DNA of 64,000 nt from Candidatus Eiseniibacteriota bacterium (GTDB lineage Bacteria; Eisenbacteria; RBG-16-71-46): positions 960,001 to 1,024,000 of the forward strand of contig OY970342.1 in assembly GCA_963717505.1 (NCBI GenBank), written 5' to 3'. The notes below the pieces were generated by a model, which had not been told where the DNA came from, ran no database searches, and worked only from the letters and a program-made list of their open reading frames with translations. Each line of letters begins with the position of its first letter. Position 1 is the stretch's first letter. Below are positions 56,193-64,000 of the stretch, piece after piece. The position numbers and the translations under genes were made by a program.

Positions 56193-56417
56193 CTACGGCG
56201 TCTGCTGATCTTCCTCCACCGCTCCCTGCATCCGCACGGCGCGCGACGCCGCCGAGTCCGACACGCTCAGCGCGCGGCCGACGACCGGAGCGCCCGGCAG
56301 CACCGACTTGGCGATCGCTTCATGCCGCTCGCGTTCCGTGAGCTGGCGCGGTTTCTCCTCGGCGGCACAGCCGCCGAGCAGGGCGAGCAGCAAGATCCAC
56401 GGGATGATGCTTCGCAC
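56193..56417 (-). CDS. Small lipoprotein
   Basis: RBS AGGAGG, GTG start; lipobox LGGC; 74 aa. Confidence 0.75.
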   Translation of the reverse strand: MRSIIPWILLLALLGGCAAEEKPRQLTERERHEAIAKSVLPGAPVVGRALSVSDSAASRAVRMQGAVEEDQQTP

Positions 56418-56447
56418 GGGTTCCTCCTGGGCTGATACGCTGCGGCG

Positions 56448-58052
56448 ATGCGATACGGCGTTGCGTTCCTCGCTCTCGCCTGCGCGCTCGTACTGTTCAC
56501 GGGCCTGGGCGCGACCGGATTCCTCGACCACCGCGAGGCGCGAGATGCCCAGGTGGCGCGCGAATTGATCGCGTCGCGGGAGCTCCTGACCCCGGTTTTC
56601 GGCAGCGAACCGCTGTTCGAGAAGCCCGTTTTTGCGTACGTCCCGGACGCCGCCGCCCGGGGGTTCGCGGCCGATCCGGTCGTCGCCTCGCGCCTGGTTC
56701 GGGCCGTGGTCGCCGTGCTGCTGGTCGTGGTGACCGGTTCGATCGCGGCCGTTCATTTCGGAACGGTCGCCGGGTGGTGCGCAGCCACGGTGCTGGCCAC
56801 GACGTTGGCGCTGCCGCTGGCGGCACGCGCCGACGGCACCCAGCTGTTCGCGACGCTGTTCGCGTGGATCGGCGTGGCGATGTTGTGCGAGTCGTTGTTC
56901 GCTGGCCGGCCGGGTCGCGAGGTTCGTTTCACGCTCGGCTACGTGGCCTTGGCGCTGGCCCTGCTTCTCGGCGGGCCGCTGTCGATGTTGTGGCCATTCG
57001 GGGCGCTCGGACTGTTCGCGGTTCTAGAGCGGGGCCGGCGGCCGGCTCCGCTCCGACTCGGGTTGGGGCTCGCGCTCATCGCCGGACTCGCGTTGCCGTG
57101 GCACCTGGCCATGGCCGAACGCCATGGAACGGAGTTCCTGGCCCGCCTGATGTTCTTCCCGTACGCCGCCGATGCCCGTGGGCCGTGGTACGCCGGGCCC
57201 ATGTCGGTGCTCAGCTACCTGGTGGTCGGTCTGTTCCCGTGGAGCGCCCTGCTGCCGGCCGCGTTCACTCATGCGGCGACCGGCTGGCGCACCCGAAGCG
57301 CCGCGGCACCGGTGGCGATCACGCGCGAAGAGCGCGAGGAGCGCGCTGCGCACTTTTTCATCGCCTGCCTGGTGGCCACACTCGCCACGCTGCTCGTCTA
57401 CCCGCGTCCGCCGCTCGGCGCCATCCTGCCGGCAGCACCGGCCGCAGCACTCCTCTGCGGACGACTGCTCGCCCATGCGATCGAAGACGCGTCGCGGCTG
57501 TCGGCAGGCGTGGCTCGTGCGGCCGCCATGCTGGCCCTGCTCGGAACCATGACCGCGGTCCTGGTGATGCTGGTCGCATCGCGCTTGCACGACGTGGCGC
57601 CCGACCTGCGCCTGGTGGCCACCGTCGTGTTCGCGACCGCGTGGGCCCCGCTCCTCGCCAGCCTGCTGCGCCGGCCATTGTTGGCCGCGGCCTTGATGAC
57701 GCTTCCGGTGATGATCGGAACACCGGTGGTCGCGTGGCGTCTGCTGCCGGCGATGGAACCCTACTTGAGCGCGCGCGACGCCACCGACGTGCTCCTGGCC
57801 GCAGCGCCACCCCTGGCCCCGCTGATCCTGGTCGATCCGCCGACGCCGACCATGCGCCTGTACGGCGAGAACAACCTGGTGCAAGCGCGCGACACGAACC
57901 TGCTGGCGCCCGATCACGTGGCAACGGACGGTTGGACCTACCTCGCCTTTCGGCCGGCGCGTGAACGCGACGTGATCCGCGCGCTCGAAACACCGATCGA
58001 GATCCTGCATCGGACGCCGGCATTGGTGATCGCGCGGGCGCGGTCCGATTGA
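56448..58052 (+). CDS. ArnT/PMT-like (GT-C) membrane glycosyltransferase
   Basis: D..EAR..VARE, FEKP, PW, PWY, LFPWS; many TM helices. Confidence 0.85.
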   Translation: MRYGVAFLALACALVLFTGLGATGFLDHREARDAQVARELIASRELLTPVFGSEPLFEKPVFAYVPDAAARGFAADPVVASRLVRAVVAVLLVVVTGSIAAVHFGTVAGWCAATVLATTLALPLAARADGTQLFATLFAWIGVAMLCESLFAGRPGREVRFTLGYVALALALLLGGPLSMLWPFGALGLFAVLERGRRPAPLRLGLGLALIAGLALPWHLAMAERHGTEFLARLMFFPYAADARGPWYAGPMSVLSYLVVGLFPWSALLPAAFTHAATGWRTRSAAAPVAITREEREERAAHFFIACLVATLATLLVYPRPPLGAILPAAPAAALLCGRLLAHAIEDASRLSAGVARAAAMLALLGTMTAVLVMLVASRLHDVAPDLRLVATVVFATAWAPLLASLLRRPLLAAALMTLPVMIGTPVVAWRLLPAMEPYLSARDATDVLLAAAPPLAPLILVDPPTPTMRLYGENNLVQARDTNLLAPDHVATDGWTYLAFRPARERDVIRALETPIEILHRTPALVIARARSD

Positions 58053-59410
58053 CCAAGAGGATTCTCTTCTGGTTCCGGAAGGACCTGCGGCTCGACGACA
58101 ACACCGGTTTGTGTGAGGCCAGCCGGGACGCCGCCGGCGACGTCGTCCCGTTCTACGCGAGCGAGCCCGCGATTCTCGAGCGCGACGATCTGGCGGCGGC
58201 GCGCGTCCGCTTTGCTCTCGATTCGATCGCCGACCTCGAGGACGCGGTGCGGCGCGCCGGATCGCGGCTAGTGCTCGACCACGGCCCGGCGGAGGAGACG
58301 GTCCTACGCGCCGCCCGCGCCGCGCGAGCCGATGCGGTCTATTGGAACGACGAGTACGAACCGTCACTGGTCGCACGCGACGCCAAGGTCGAGCACACCT
58401 TGCGCGCGACCGGCATCGGTGTGCGGCGCTTCCACGATCGTCTGCTGATGCCACCGGGTGCGGTGAGCACGGCCCAGGGTGGCCCGTTCGTCGTGTTCGC
58501 GGCGTTTCGCCGGGCGTGCGAGCGGCTGCCGTTCCCCGAGCCGCTGCCGGCGGTGGTACGGCTCGCCACCCACGACCTCGATTCTCCGTCGCTCGCGACA
58601 TTCGAGCGGCTCGGATTCGAGACCGCCGTCGAGCCATGGCCGGGCGGAGCGCGCGCGGCGCACCGGCGACTGCGGCGCTTTGTCGGAGGCACCGGGGATC
58701 CTCCGGGCGCCGGGCTAGCGCTCTACGCCTCGCACCGCGACGTCCCGGCGGCCGCAGCGACCTCTCGGCTGTCGGCGGACTTGAAGTTCGGCACTTTGTC
58801 GCCGCGTCAGGCCGCGCACAACGTGAACCAGGCAGCCGCGGCCGACCCCCGGCTCGCTGAAGCGGCCGCGAAATACCTCGCGGAGCTGCGGTGGCGTGAC
58901 TTCTTCGCTCATCTCTTGTTTCACTTTCCGCACTGCGAACGCGGGGCCTTCCGGCGCGAATACGACGCCCTGGCGTGGGACGACGATCCGGTGCTGATTG
59001 CCGCCTGGCTGGCGGGTCGGACCGGCTATCCGATCGTCGATGCCGGAATGCGCGAATTGATCGCGACCGGCTTCATGCACAACCGAGTGCGCATGGTCGT
59101 GGCGTCGTTCCTGACCAAGGACCTGCTCGTCGACTGGCGGATCGGCGAACGGCACTTCATGCGCCACCTGATCGACGGGGATCTCGCCAGCAACAACGGT
59201 GGCTGGCAATGGTCGGCCTCGACCGGGAGCGACGCCCAACCGTACTTCCGCGTGTTCAATCCGATGCTCCAGGGCAGGAAGTTCGACCCCGACGGCCATT
59301 ACGTGCGCCGGTGGATTCCCGAGCTCGACACGGACTATCCACCCCCGATCGTCGACCACGCCGAACGCCGACTGGAAGCAATCGCGCGGTACCGGGCGGT
59401 TCAAGCCTAA
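58049..59410 (+). CDS. phrB: Deoxyribodipyrimidine photolyase
   Basis: WFRKDLRLDDN, TSRLS, WRDF, TGYPIVDA, GFMHNRVRM, NNGGWQW, RVFNP. Confidence 0.93.
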   Translation: MTKRILFWFRKDLRLDDNTGLCEASRDAAGDVVPFYASEPAILERDDLAAARVRFALDSIADLEDAVRRAGSRLVLDHGPAEETVLRAARAARADAVYWNDEYEPSLVARDAKVEHTLRATGIGVRRFHDRLLMPPGAVSTAQGGPFVVFAAFRRACERLPFPEPLPAVVRLATHDLDSPSLATFERLGFETAVEPWPGGARAAHRRLRRFVGGTGDPPGAGLALYASHRDVPAAAATSRLSADLKFGTLSPRQAAHNVNQAAAADPRLAEAAAKYLAELRWRDFFAHLLFHFPHCERGAFRREYDALAWDDDPVLIAAWLAGRTGYPIVDAGMRELIATGFMHNRVRMVVASFLTKDLLVDWRIGERHFMRHLIDGDLASNNGGWQWSASTGSDAQPYFRVFNPMLQGRKFDPDGHYVRRWIPELDTDYPPPIVDHAERRLEAIARYRAVQA

Positions 59411-59618
59411 GTCTCGAGCAGCTCAACCTGTCTACCGAACCCATCGATCGACAACCTCGTGAGCGCATCGCGCGCGCGCCTGGCCTCGCGATGGTGTCCC
59501 ACAACCGGCGACGCCACGATCGGTTGCAGGCGCAGGCGGCGCTCCCTTGGCGATGCGCACGGATTCTTCCAGCAAGCCTCCTGCCTGCGCCCCCGGGGCG
59601 CGAGGGGAGGTGAAACGC

Positions 59619-60005
59619 ATGAGACAGGGACATGCATGGCTCGCCGCGTGTGCGCTGGCCGCCGGCCTGGTGGCGGCGGGAGTCGCACCGGTGGATGCCG
59701 CCAGCAAGACCAAGGCTGCGTCCAAGTCGGCGAACGACACCCGGCAGTTCACCGGTTACGTCGTGGCGCTGGACCCGTCGACGATCACCGTGGAAAAGCG
59801 CGGCGAGAAGCCGCGGACTCTGGTCTTCACTCGGGACGATGAGATGAAGACCAGCGGAGATCTCGAGAAGGACGCCCGTGTCACGGTGTACTACCGCGAT
59901 GACGACGGCGAACTCACGGCGCAGCGCGTGGTGGTCAAACCGCCGACCGGAACCCGATCCAAGTCGGGGTCCGGCACGAAGTCGAAGTCGAACGGAGGTC
60001 GCTGA
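59619..60005 (+). CDS. Exported small OB-fold-like protein
   Basis: RBS GGAGG; signal peptide; G.VVALD..ITV...V.V.Y...A..V.V. Confidence 0.7.
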   Translation: MRQGHAWLAACALAAGLVAAGVAPVDAASKTKAASKSANDTRQFTGYVVALDPSTITVEKRGEKPRTLVFTRDDEMKTSGDLEKDARVTVYYRDDDGELTAQRVVVKPPTGTRSKSGSGTKSKSNGGR

Positions 60006-60114
60006 CACCGAGGCCCGGTCGGAGCGCGCCCCCGCGCCCGGCCGGCTTGCGCGCCCCGCAGCACTCCGGCGATGATTGTCCATCCCCATTGGCCAAGACC
60101 CGAGGAAAGCCCCG

Positions 60115-61125
60115 TTGCGCCCGACCCCCCGAATACCCTCGTTCCTCCCCACCCTGTCGTATTTCGCCATCCTGATGCCGCTCGCCCTCGCCCCGGCCGC
60201 GAGGGCGGATTCCACCGCCGTCGAACCGCCGTACGCGATGATCGAGGCCCTGGGCGAGCCCCGGATCCTGCGCGCCGGCCAGTTGTGCACCGGGGACTAC
60301 GAAGCGTTCCCCGCGTTCACGCCCGACGGACGGTCCCTGTTCTTCGTCAAGAGTTCGCCCGATTTCACCTACCGGACGATCGTCGAGTCGAACTTCGGCT
60401 CCGACTGGAGCATTCCGCGCACACCGCCGTTCTCCGGGCTCTACGACGACTCGGCCCCGTTCCTGACCCCGGACGGCTCGAAAATCTACTTCGCATCGAA
60501 ACGCCCGTCTGCCGGCGTCGGATCGCCGCAATCGCACACCGATCTCTGGGTGGTCGAGCGCGTCGAGGGCGTCTGGGGCGCGCCGCGCCTGCTCGGAGCA
60601 CCGATCAGCGGGCCGGCGAATGAGACCTCGGTGTGCGTCGCCGCCGACGGCACGATCTACTTCAGCTCCGATCGCCCGGGCGGACACGGCGGACTCGACC
60701 TCTATCGTTGCCGGATGAACGGCGAGAAGCCGGGCGCCGTCGAGAATCTCGGCGCCTCGATCAACACCGCCCAGGACGAGGCCGACCCGCGCCTGGCGGC
60801 CGATGGCGCGTTCCTGCTGTTCGCATCGCGCGGACACAAGAACGGAATCGGCGGCTACGATCTGTGCGTCGCCAAGGCCGCGGGCCGCGGCTGGGCGGCG
60901 GCCGAGAACCTCGGCGGCCGGATCAATTCGGTGCGCGACGATTACGGCCCGTGCCTCGCGCCCGGCGGCAAATACGTGTTCTGGACCAGCACGCGCAGCT
61001 TCGCCGACGTGGTGCCGGACCGGCCGTGGCAGTACCCCGAGCTGCTCGGGCGGATTCGAATGGCCCGCAACGGGCTCGGCGACCTCTACCAACTCGAGCT
61101 GTCGGCGCTGGGCATCGGCCGGTGA
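60115..61125 (+). CDS. PD40/TolB-like beta-propeller protein
   Basis: Repeats P.FTPDG..LFF, YFSSDRPGG.GG.DLY, NLG..IN. Start uncertain (60076-60175). Confidence 0.85.
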   Translation: MRPTPRIPSFLPTLSYFAILMPLALAPAARADSTAVEPPYAMIEALGEPRILRAGQLCTGDYEAFPAFTPDGRSLFFVKSSPDFTYRTIVESNFGSDWSIPRTPPFSGLYDDSAPFLTPDGSKIYFASKRPSAGVGSPQSHTDLWVVERVEGVWGAPRLLGAPISGPANETSVCVAADGTIYFSSDRPGGHGGLDLYRCRMNGEKPGAVENLGASINTAQDEADPRLAADGAFLLFASRGHKNGIGGYDLCVAKAAGRGWAAAENLGGRINSVRDDYGPCLAPGGKYVFWTSTRSFADVVPDRPWQYPELLGRIRMARNGLGDLYQLELSALGIGR

Positions 61126-63080
61126 CCCGAGGCGCCGCGATCGGGGTCGCGATGGTCGCGGCAACCCTGGCGACGGCGGCTCTGGCGGCAACGACACCGC
61201 TCCGCCTCGAAGAGGCGCTCACGCTCCGGACGTTCTCGAGTCCGGTGTGGTCGGCCGATGGATCGCGTCTCGCGTTCGTCGTCACCCTCGAAGACACCGC
61301 CGAGAACACGCGCAACGGCGATCTGTGGATGTGGGACGCACGCCGCAACCAGCTTTCCCAACTGACCCGCCACCCGAAGTCCGACGGCAGCCCGACCTTC
61401 TCGCCCTCGGGCGACACGGTCGCATTCGTCGCGAATCGCGGCACCGGTGACAACGCGCGCAGCACGATCTGGATGCTGTCGCTGCACGGCGGCGAGCCCT
61501 GGACCCACTCGTCGTTCGACGAAGGGATCGGAGAAGTTCAGTGGTCGCCGGACGGACGCTGGCTCGCCTACGTCCAGTCCGACACCCTGCCCAAACGCAT
61601 TCGCGACTGGCGGTCCAAGAAGTGGGATCACGTGGTCGAAGACGAGCGCCTCCAGTTCCCGCACCTGTGGGTGATCGACCTGGTGTCGGGGCGGCGGCGA
61701 CAGCTCACCACCGGCGAGCAGTTCGTGTGGTACGTGCGGTGGTCTCCGGACTCACGGCGCATCGCCTACCTGGTGAGCCCGACCGGCAAGCCGGACGACG
61801 GCAACCAGGTCGACATCGGGGTCGCCACGCCCGATGGCGCGTCGCCGCGCCGTCTGGGAGCGCTCGGTGGCGCTTTCGCCTGGTCGCCCGACAGTCGCTG
61901 GATCGCATGGGCGGGCGGCACGCGCCGCGATGAATGGGTGCAGAAGGACGACGTCTGGGTAGTACCGGCTACCGGCGGCGCGGCGGTCAATCTGACCGGG
62001 GCGTTCGATGAAGACGGCCAGACGCCCTGCTGGAACGCCACCTCCGACACTGTGTTCTTCCACGCCGAGCAGGGAGTGACCACGCGTCTGGCCGCGGTCG
62101 CCCTGCCGAGGGCGGGTACCGCGCCGACCGTGATCCTGGGTGAGGACCGTGGCGGGGCGGCGGCTGCGCCGACCGCCGCCACGGCCGGCCGATGCGTCTG
62201 GGTGCGCAGTGCCGCCGATCGGCCCGAAGAGTTGTATGTCGCGGACCACCCGCGCCTGCCGGGTCGCGCGATCACTTCGTTCAACGCCTCGGTCGCGACC
62301 CGCGCGCTCGCGACCACGCGCGAATTCACCTGGACCAGCGACGACGGCACACAGGTCGGCGGCGTTTTGCTCCGGCCGCACGGCGCGCGCTCGAACACGC
62401 GACTCAAGACTCTGGTCTGGCTGCACGGCGGGCCTTACGGCGATCGCGCCGATCTCGGGTTCCAGCCCTGGGGCCAATACCTGGCGAGCCGCGGCTACCA
62501 GGTGTTCATGCCCAACTTCCGCTCGAGCGGCGGCTCGGGCACGGCGTTCATGGTGCGCGAGCGGGCCGATTGGGGCGGGCAGGACTTTCGCGACGTCCAG
62601 ACCGGAATCGACAGCCTGATTCGCGCCGGCCTCGCCGACGGGGATCGCCTCGGCGTATACGGTCGCTCCTACGGTGGCTACCTCACGTCGTGGGCGATCA
62701 CCCAGACCGATCGATTCGATGCGGCGGTGGCGATCGCGCCGATCGCCGACCTGGCCGCGCTCTACGGACAGAGCGACGTTCAGAAATACCGCGCGTACGA
62801 GTTTCGCGGGAAGCCCTGGGAGACGCACGAATTCTGGCAGCGTTCCTCCCCGATCACCCACATCGCGCGCGCGAAGACGCCGACGCTGGTCGTCGGCTTC
62901 GACGAGGATCGCCGCACGCCGGTCGCTCAGGCGTACCAGCTCTATCGCGGGTTGCTCGGCGTCGGGGTGCCCACCGAATTCGTACACTATCCGCGCGAAC
63001 CGCACGTGCCGCGGGAATATCGTCACCGCGCGGATCAGCACCTGCGCATGGCGGCCTGGTTCGATCGCTGGGTGAAGTAG
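61122..63080 (+). CDS. S9 family (prolyl oligopeptidase/acylaminoacyl) peptidase
   Basis: WSPDG propeller repeats; HGGP, GRSYGG, ED.R, YPREPH triad. Confidence 0.93.
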   Translation: MTRGAAIGVAMVAATLATAALAATTPLRLEEALTLRTFSSPVWSADGSRLAFVVTLEDTAENTRNGDLWMWDARRNQLSQLTRHPKSDGSPTFSPSGDTVAFVANRGTGDNARSTIWMLSLHGGEPWTHSSFDEGIGEVQWSPDGRWLAYVQSDTLPKRIRDWRSKKWDHVVEDERLQFPHLWVIDLVSGRRRQLTTGEQFVWYVRWSPDSRRIAYLVSPTGKPDDGNQVDIGVATPDGASPRRLGALGGAFAWSPDSRWIAWAGGTRRDEWVQKDDVWVVPATGGAAVNLTGAFDEDGQTPCWNATSDTVFFHAEQGVTTRLAAVALPRAGTAPTVILGEDRGGAAAAPTAATAGRCVWVRSAADRPEELYVADHPRLPGRAITSFNASVATRALATTREFTWTSDDGTQVGGVLLRPHGARSNTRLKTLVWLHGGPYGDRADLGFQPWGQYLASRGYQVFMPNFRSSGGSGTAFMVRERADWGGQDFRDVQTGIDSLIRAGLADGDRLGVYGRSYGGYLTSWAITQTDRFDAAVAIAPIADLAALYGQSDVQKYRAYEFRGKPWETHEFWQRSSPITHIARAKTPTLVVGFDEDRRTPVAQAYQLYRGLLGVGVPTEFVHYPREPHVPREYRHRADQHLRMAAWFDRWVK

Positions 63081-64000
63081 TGGCTCGCTCGCCCGGCTCG
63101 AGAGCGCGAACCCGTCCAACGCCGGGGACGACCCGCCGGCGTGCCGCGGGGGATCGCGACCCCCGCCGCGCACTGGCGGCGCTCGACCGAATCCACGCCG
63201 AATTCGGCCCGGGCCAAGAGCCACTCAAGCTCGAGTTGCTGCGCCACCTGCATCGCGGACGTTTCGGGTACCCAGCCGATCTCGTGCGTTATCACGATCT
63301 CCTGTGCTTCCTCGCCGCGTATCCGGACGGTGCGCGCCTCGAGGCCCAGGTGATCGTCAGCCTGGCGGCGTTTCCCGGGCGCTCCGATCTCCGACGTCAC
63401 GCCCAGGCTTTGGCCGGCAGCGGCATTGCCGGGACCCCGATCGACTATCGTTTCTTCTACCCGACGGCGCGCTGGCTCGCCGAGCGCTGGCCGGCGCACC
63501 TCCGCATGACTTGGGGTGAATTCGGGAACGCTGACCGGTTGGAGCCGTTGTTGCCGCTGCTCGCCCATCCGGCCGAGATCCCGGCGATCGACGAACTGCC
63601 GTGGACCCCGCGCCAGTGGATCTCACGCATGAAAGCTCCCGGCGAGGGGGACGGAGCGTTCCTAGCCGCGCGCATCGCGGCTTTGCCGATGGCCGACCGC
63701 GCCCGCGAAACGATGTTCGACGCGCTCGATCCACCGATGCGGTTGCTCCCGGGCCCGACCACCCCGTCGCGGACCTTCGACCGAGCACCCACGCGGGTCG
63801 AGCCGCGGGGCGCCCGTGGCGCAGCGCCGCACCGCACGTACTCCACCCATTTCCGCGCCAGACCACTCGACCGGCGCCGGCCGGATCTTGCGGTCGCGAT
63901 TCGCGAGGCGCCACGCGCCGTGCGCGAACTGTCGCCGCGCGAGGGCGCCGCCTATGTCGACCTCGCCCGCGCCGCCATGGTCACGCGACAGCGGGATCTC
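63080..64000 (+). CDS. Hypothetical protein, 3'-truncated (absent from the ORF track because it has no stop)
   Basis: GTG overlaps the S9 stop; open to the window end: ..YHDLLCFLAAYPD..SGIAGT..FFYPTARWL..AMVTRQRDL. Confidence 0.75.
   Translation, partial: MARSPGSRARTRPTPGTTRRRAAGDRDPRRALAALDRIHAEFGPGQEPLKLELLRHLHRGRFGYPADLVRYHDLLCFLAAYPDGARLEAQVIVSLAAFPGRSDLRRHAQALAGSGIAGTPIDYRFFYPTARWLAERWPAHLRMTWGEFGNADRLEPLLPLLAHPAEIPAIDELPWTPRQWISRMKAPGEGDGAFLAARIAALPMADRARETMFDALDPPMRLLPGPTTPSRTFDRAPTRVEPRGARGAAPHRTYSTHFRARPLDRRRPDLAVAIREAPRAVRELSPREGAAYVDLARAAMVTRQRDL

Noticed and set aside
59300-59410. Short C-terminal loop in photolyase (WIPELDTDYPPPIVDH)
   Set aside because: Loop-length variation here is common in the family and the FAD-binding motifs are intact.
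1-64000. CRISPR arrays, IS/transposases, integrases, prophage, rRNA/tRNA, selenocysteine read-through
   Set aside because: I saw no periodic repeat-spacer structure, no mobile-element motifs, and no in-frame TGA at catalytic Cys positions of the redox genes. This was by eye, so short elements could be missed.

Overview
High-GC (roughly 70% by eye), densely coding chromosomal segment of a diderm bacterium with about 60 genes. Two proteins carry T9SS type-A/FlgD-like C-terminal domains, and the overall gene style suggests an FCB-group uncultured lineage such as Ca. Eisenbacteria (inference only). I saw no rRNA, tRNA, CRISPR array, IS or prophage. Housekeeping and metabolic genes include queG, moaD/moaE, a Fe/Mn SOD, bcp, ispH, an Fpg-like glycosylase, photolyase, thiolase, two crotonases, 3-hydroxyacyl-CoA dehydrogenase, bioY, an atuA-like gene and arsR-arsM. 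Most notable: (1) a five-gene porin-cytochrome conduit (decaheme MtrA-like, MtrB-like porin, monoheme cytochrome c, NapC/CymA-like tetraheme, small membrane protein) with no MtrC; (2) a DtxR-box-controlled operon encoding a DtxR with a 4-Cys tail, a degenerate ApbE and an apparently circularly permuted cupredoxin lipoprotein, with a candidate sRNA transcribed divergently; (3) a translationally coupled HEAT-repeat/HD-GYP pair sharing an uncharacterised N-terminal domain; (4) a sorting-domain protein + TonB-dependent receptor + unknown protein operon behind a Pho-box-like repeat and a structured leader. Start codons were refined by hand from RBS and overlap evidence. All family calls come from motif recognition, not database searches.
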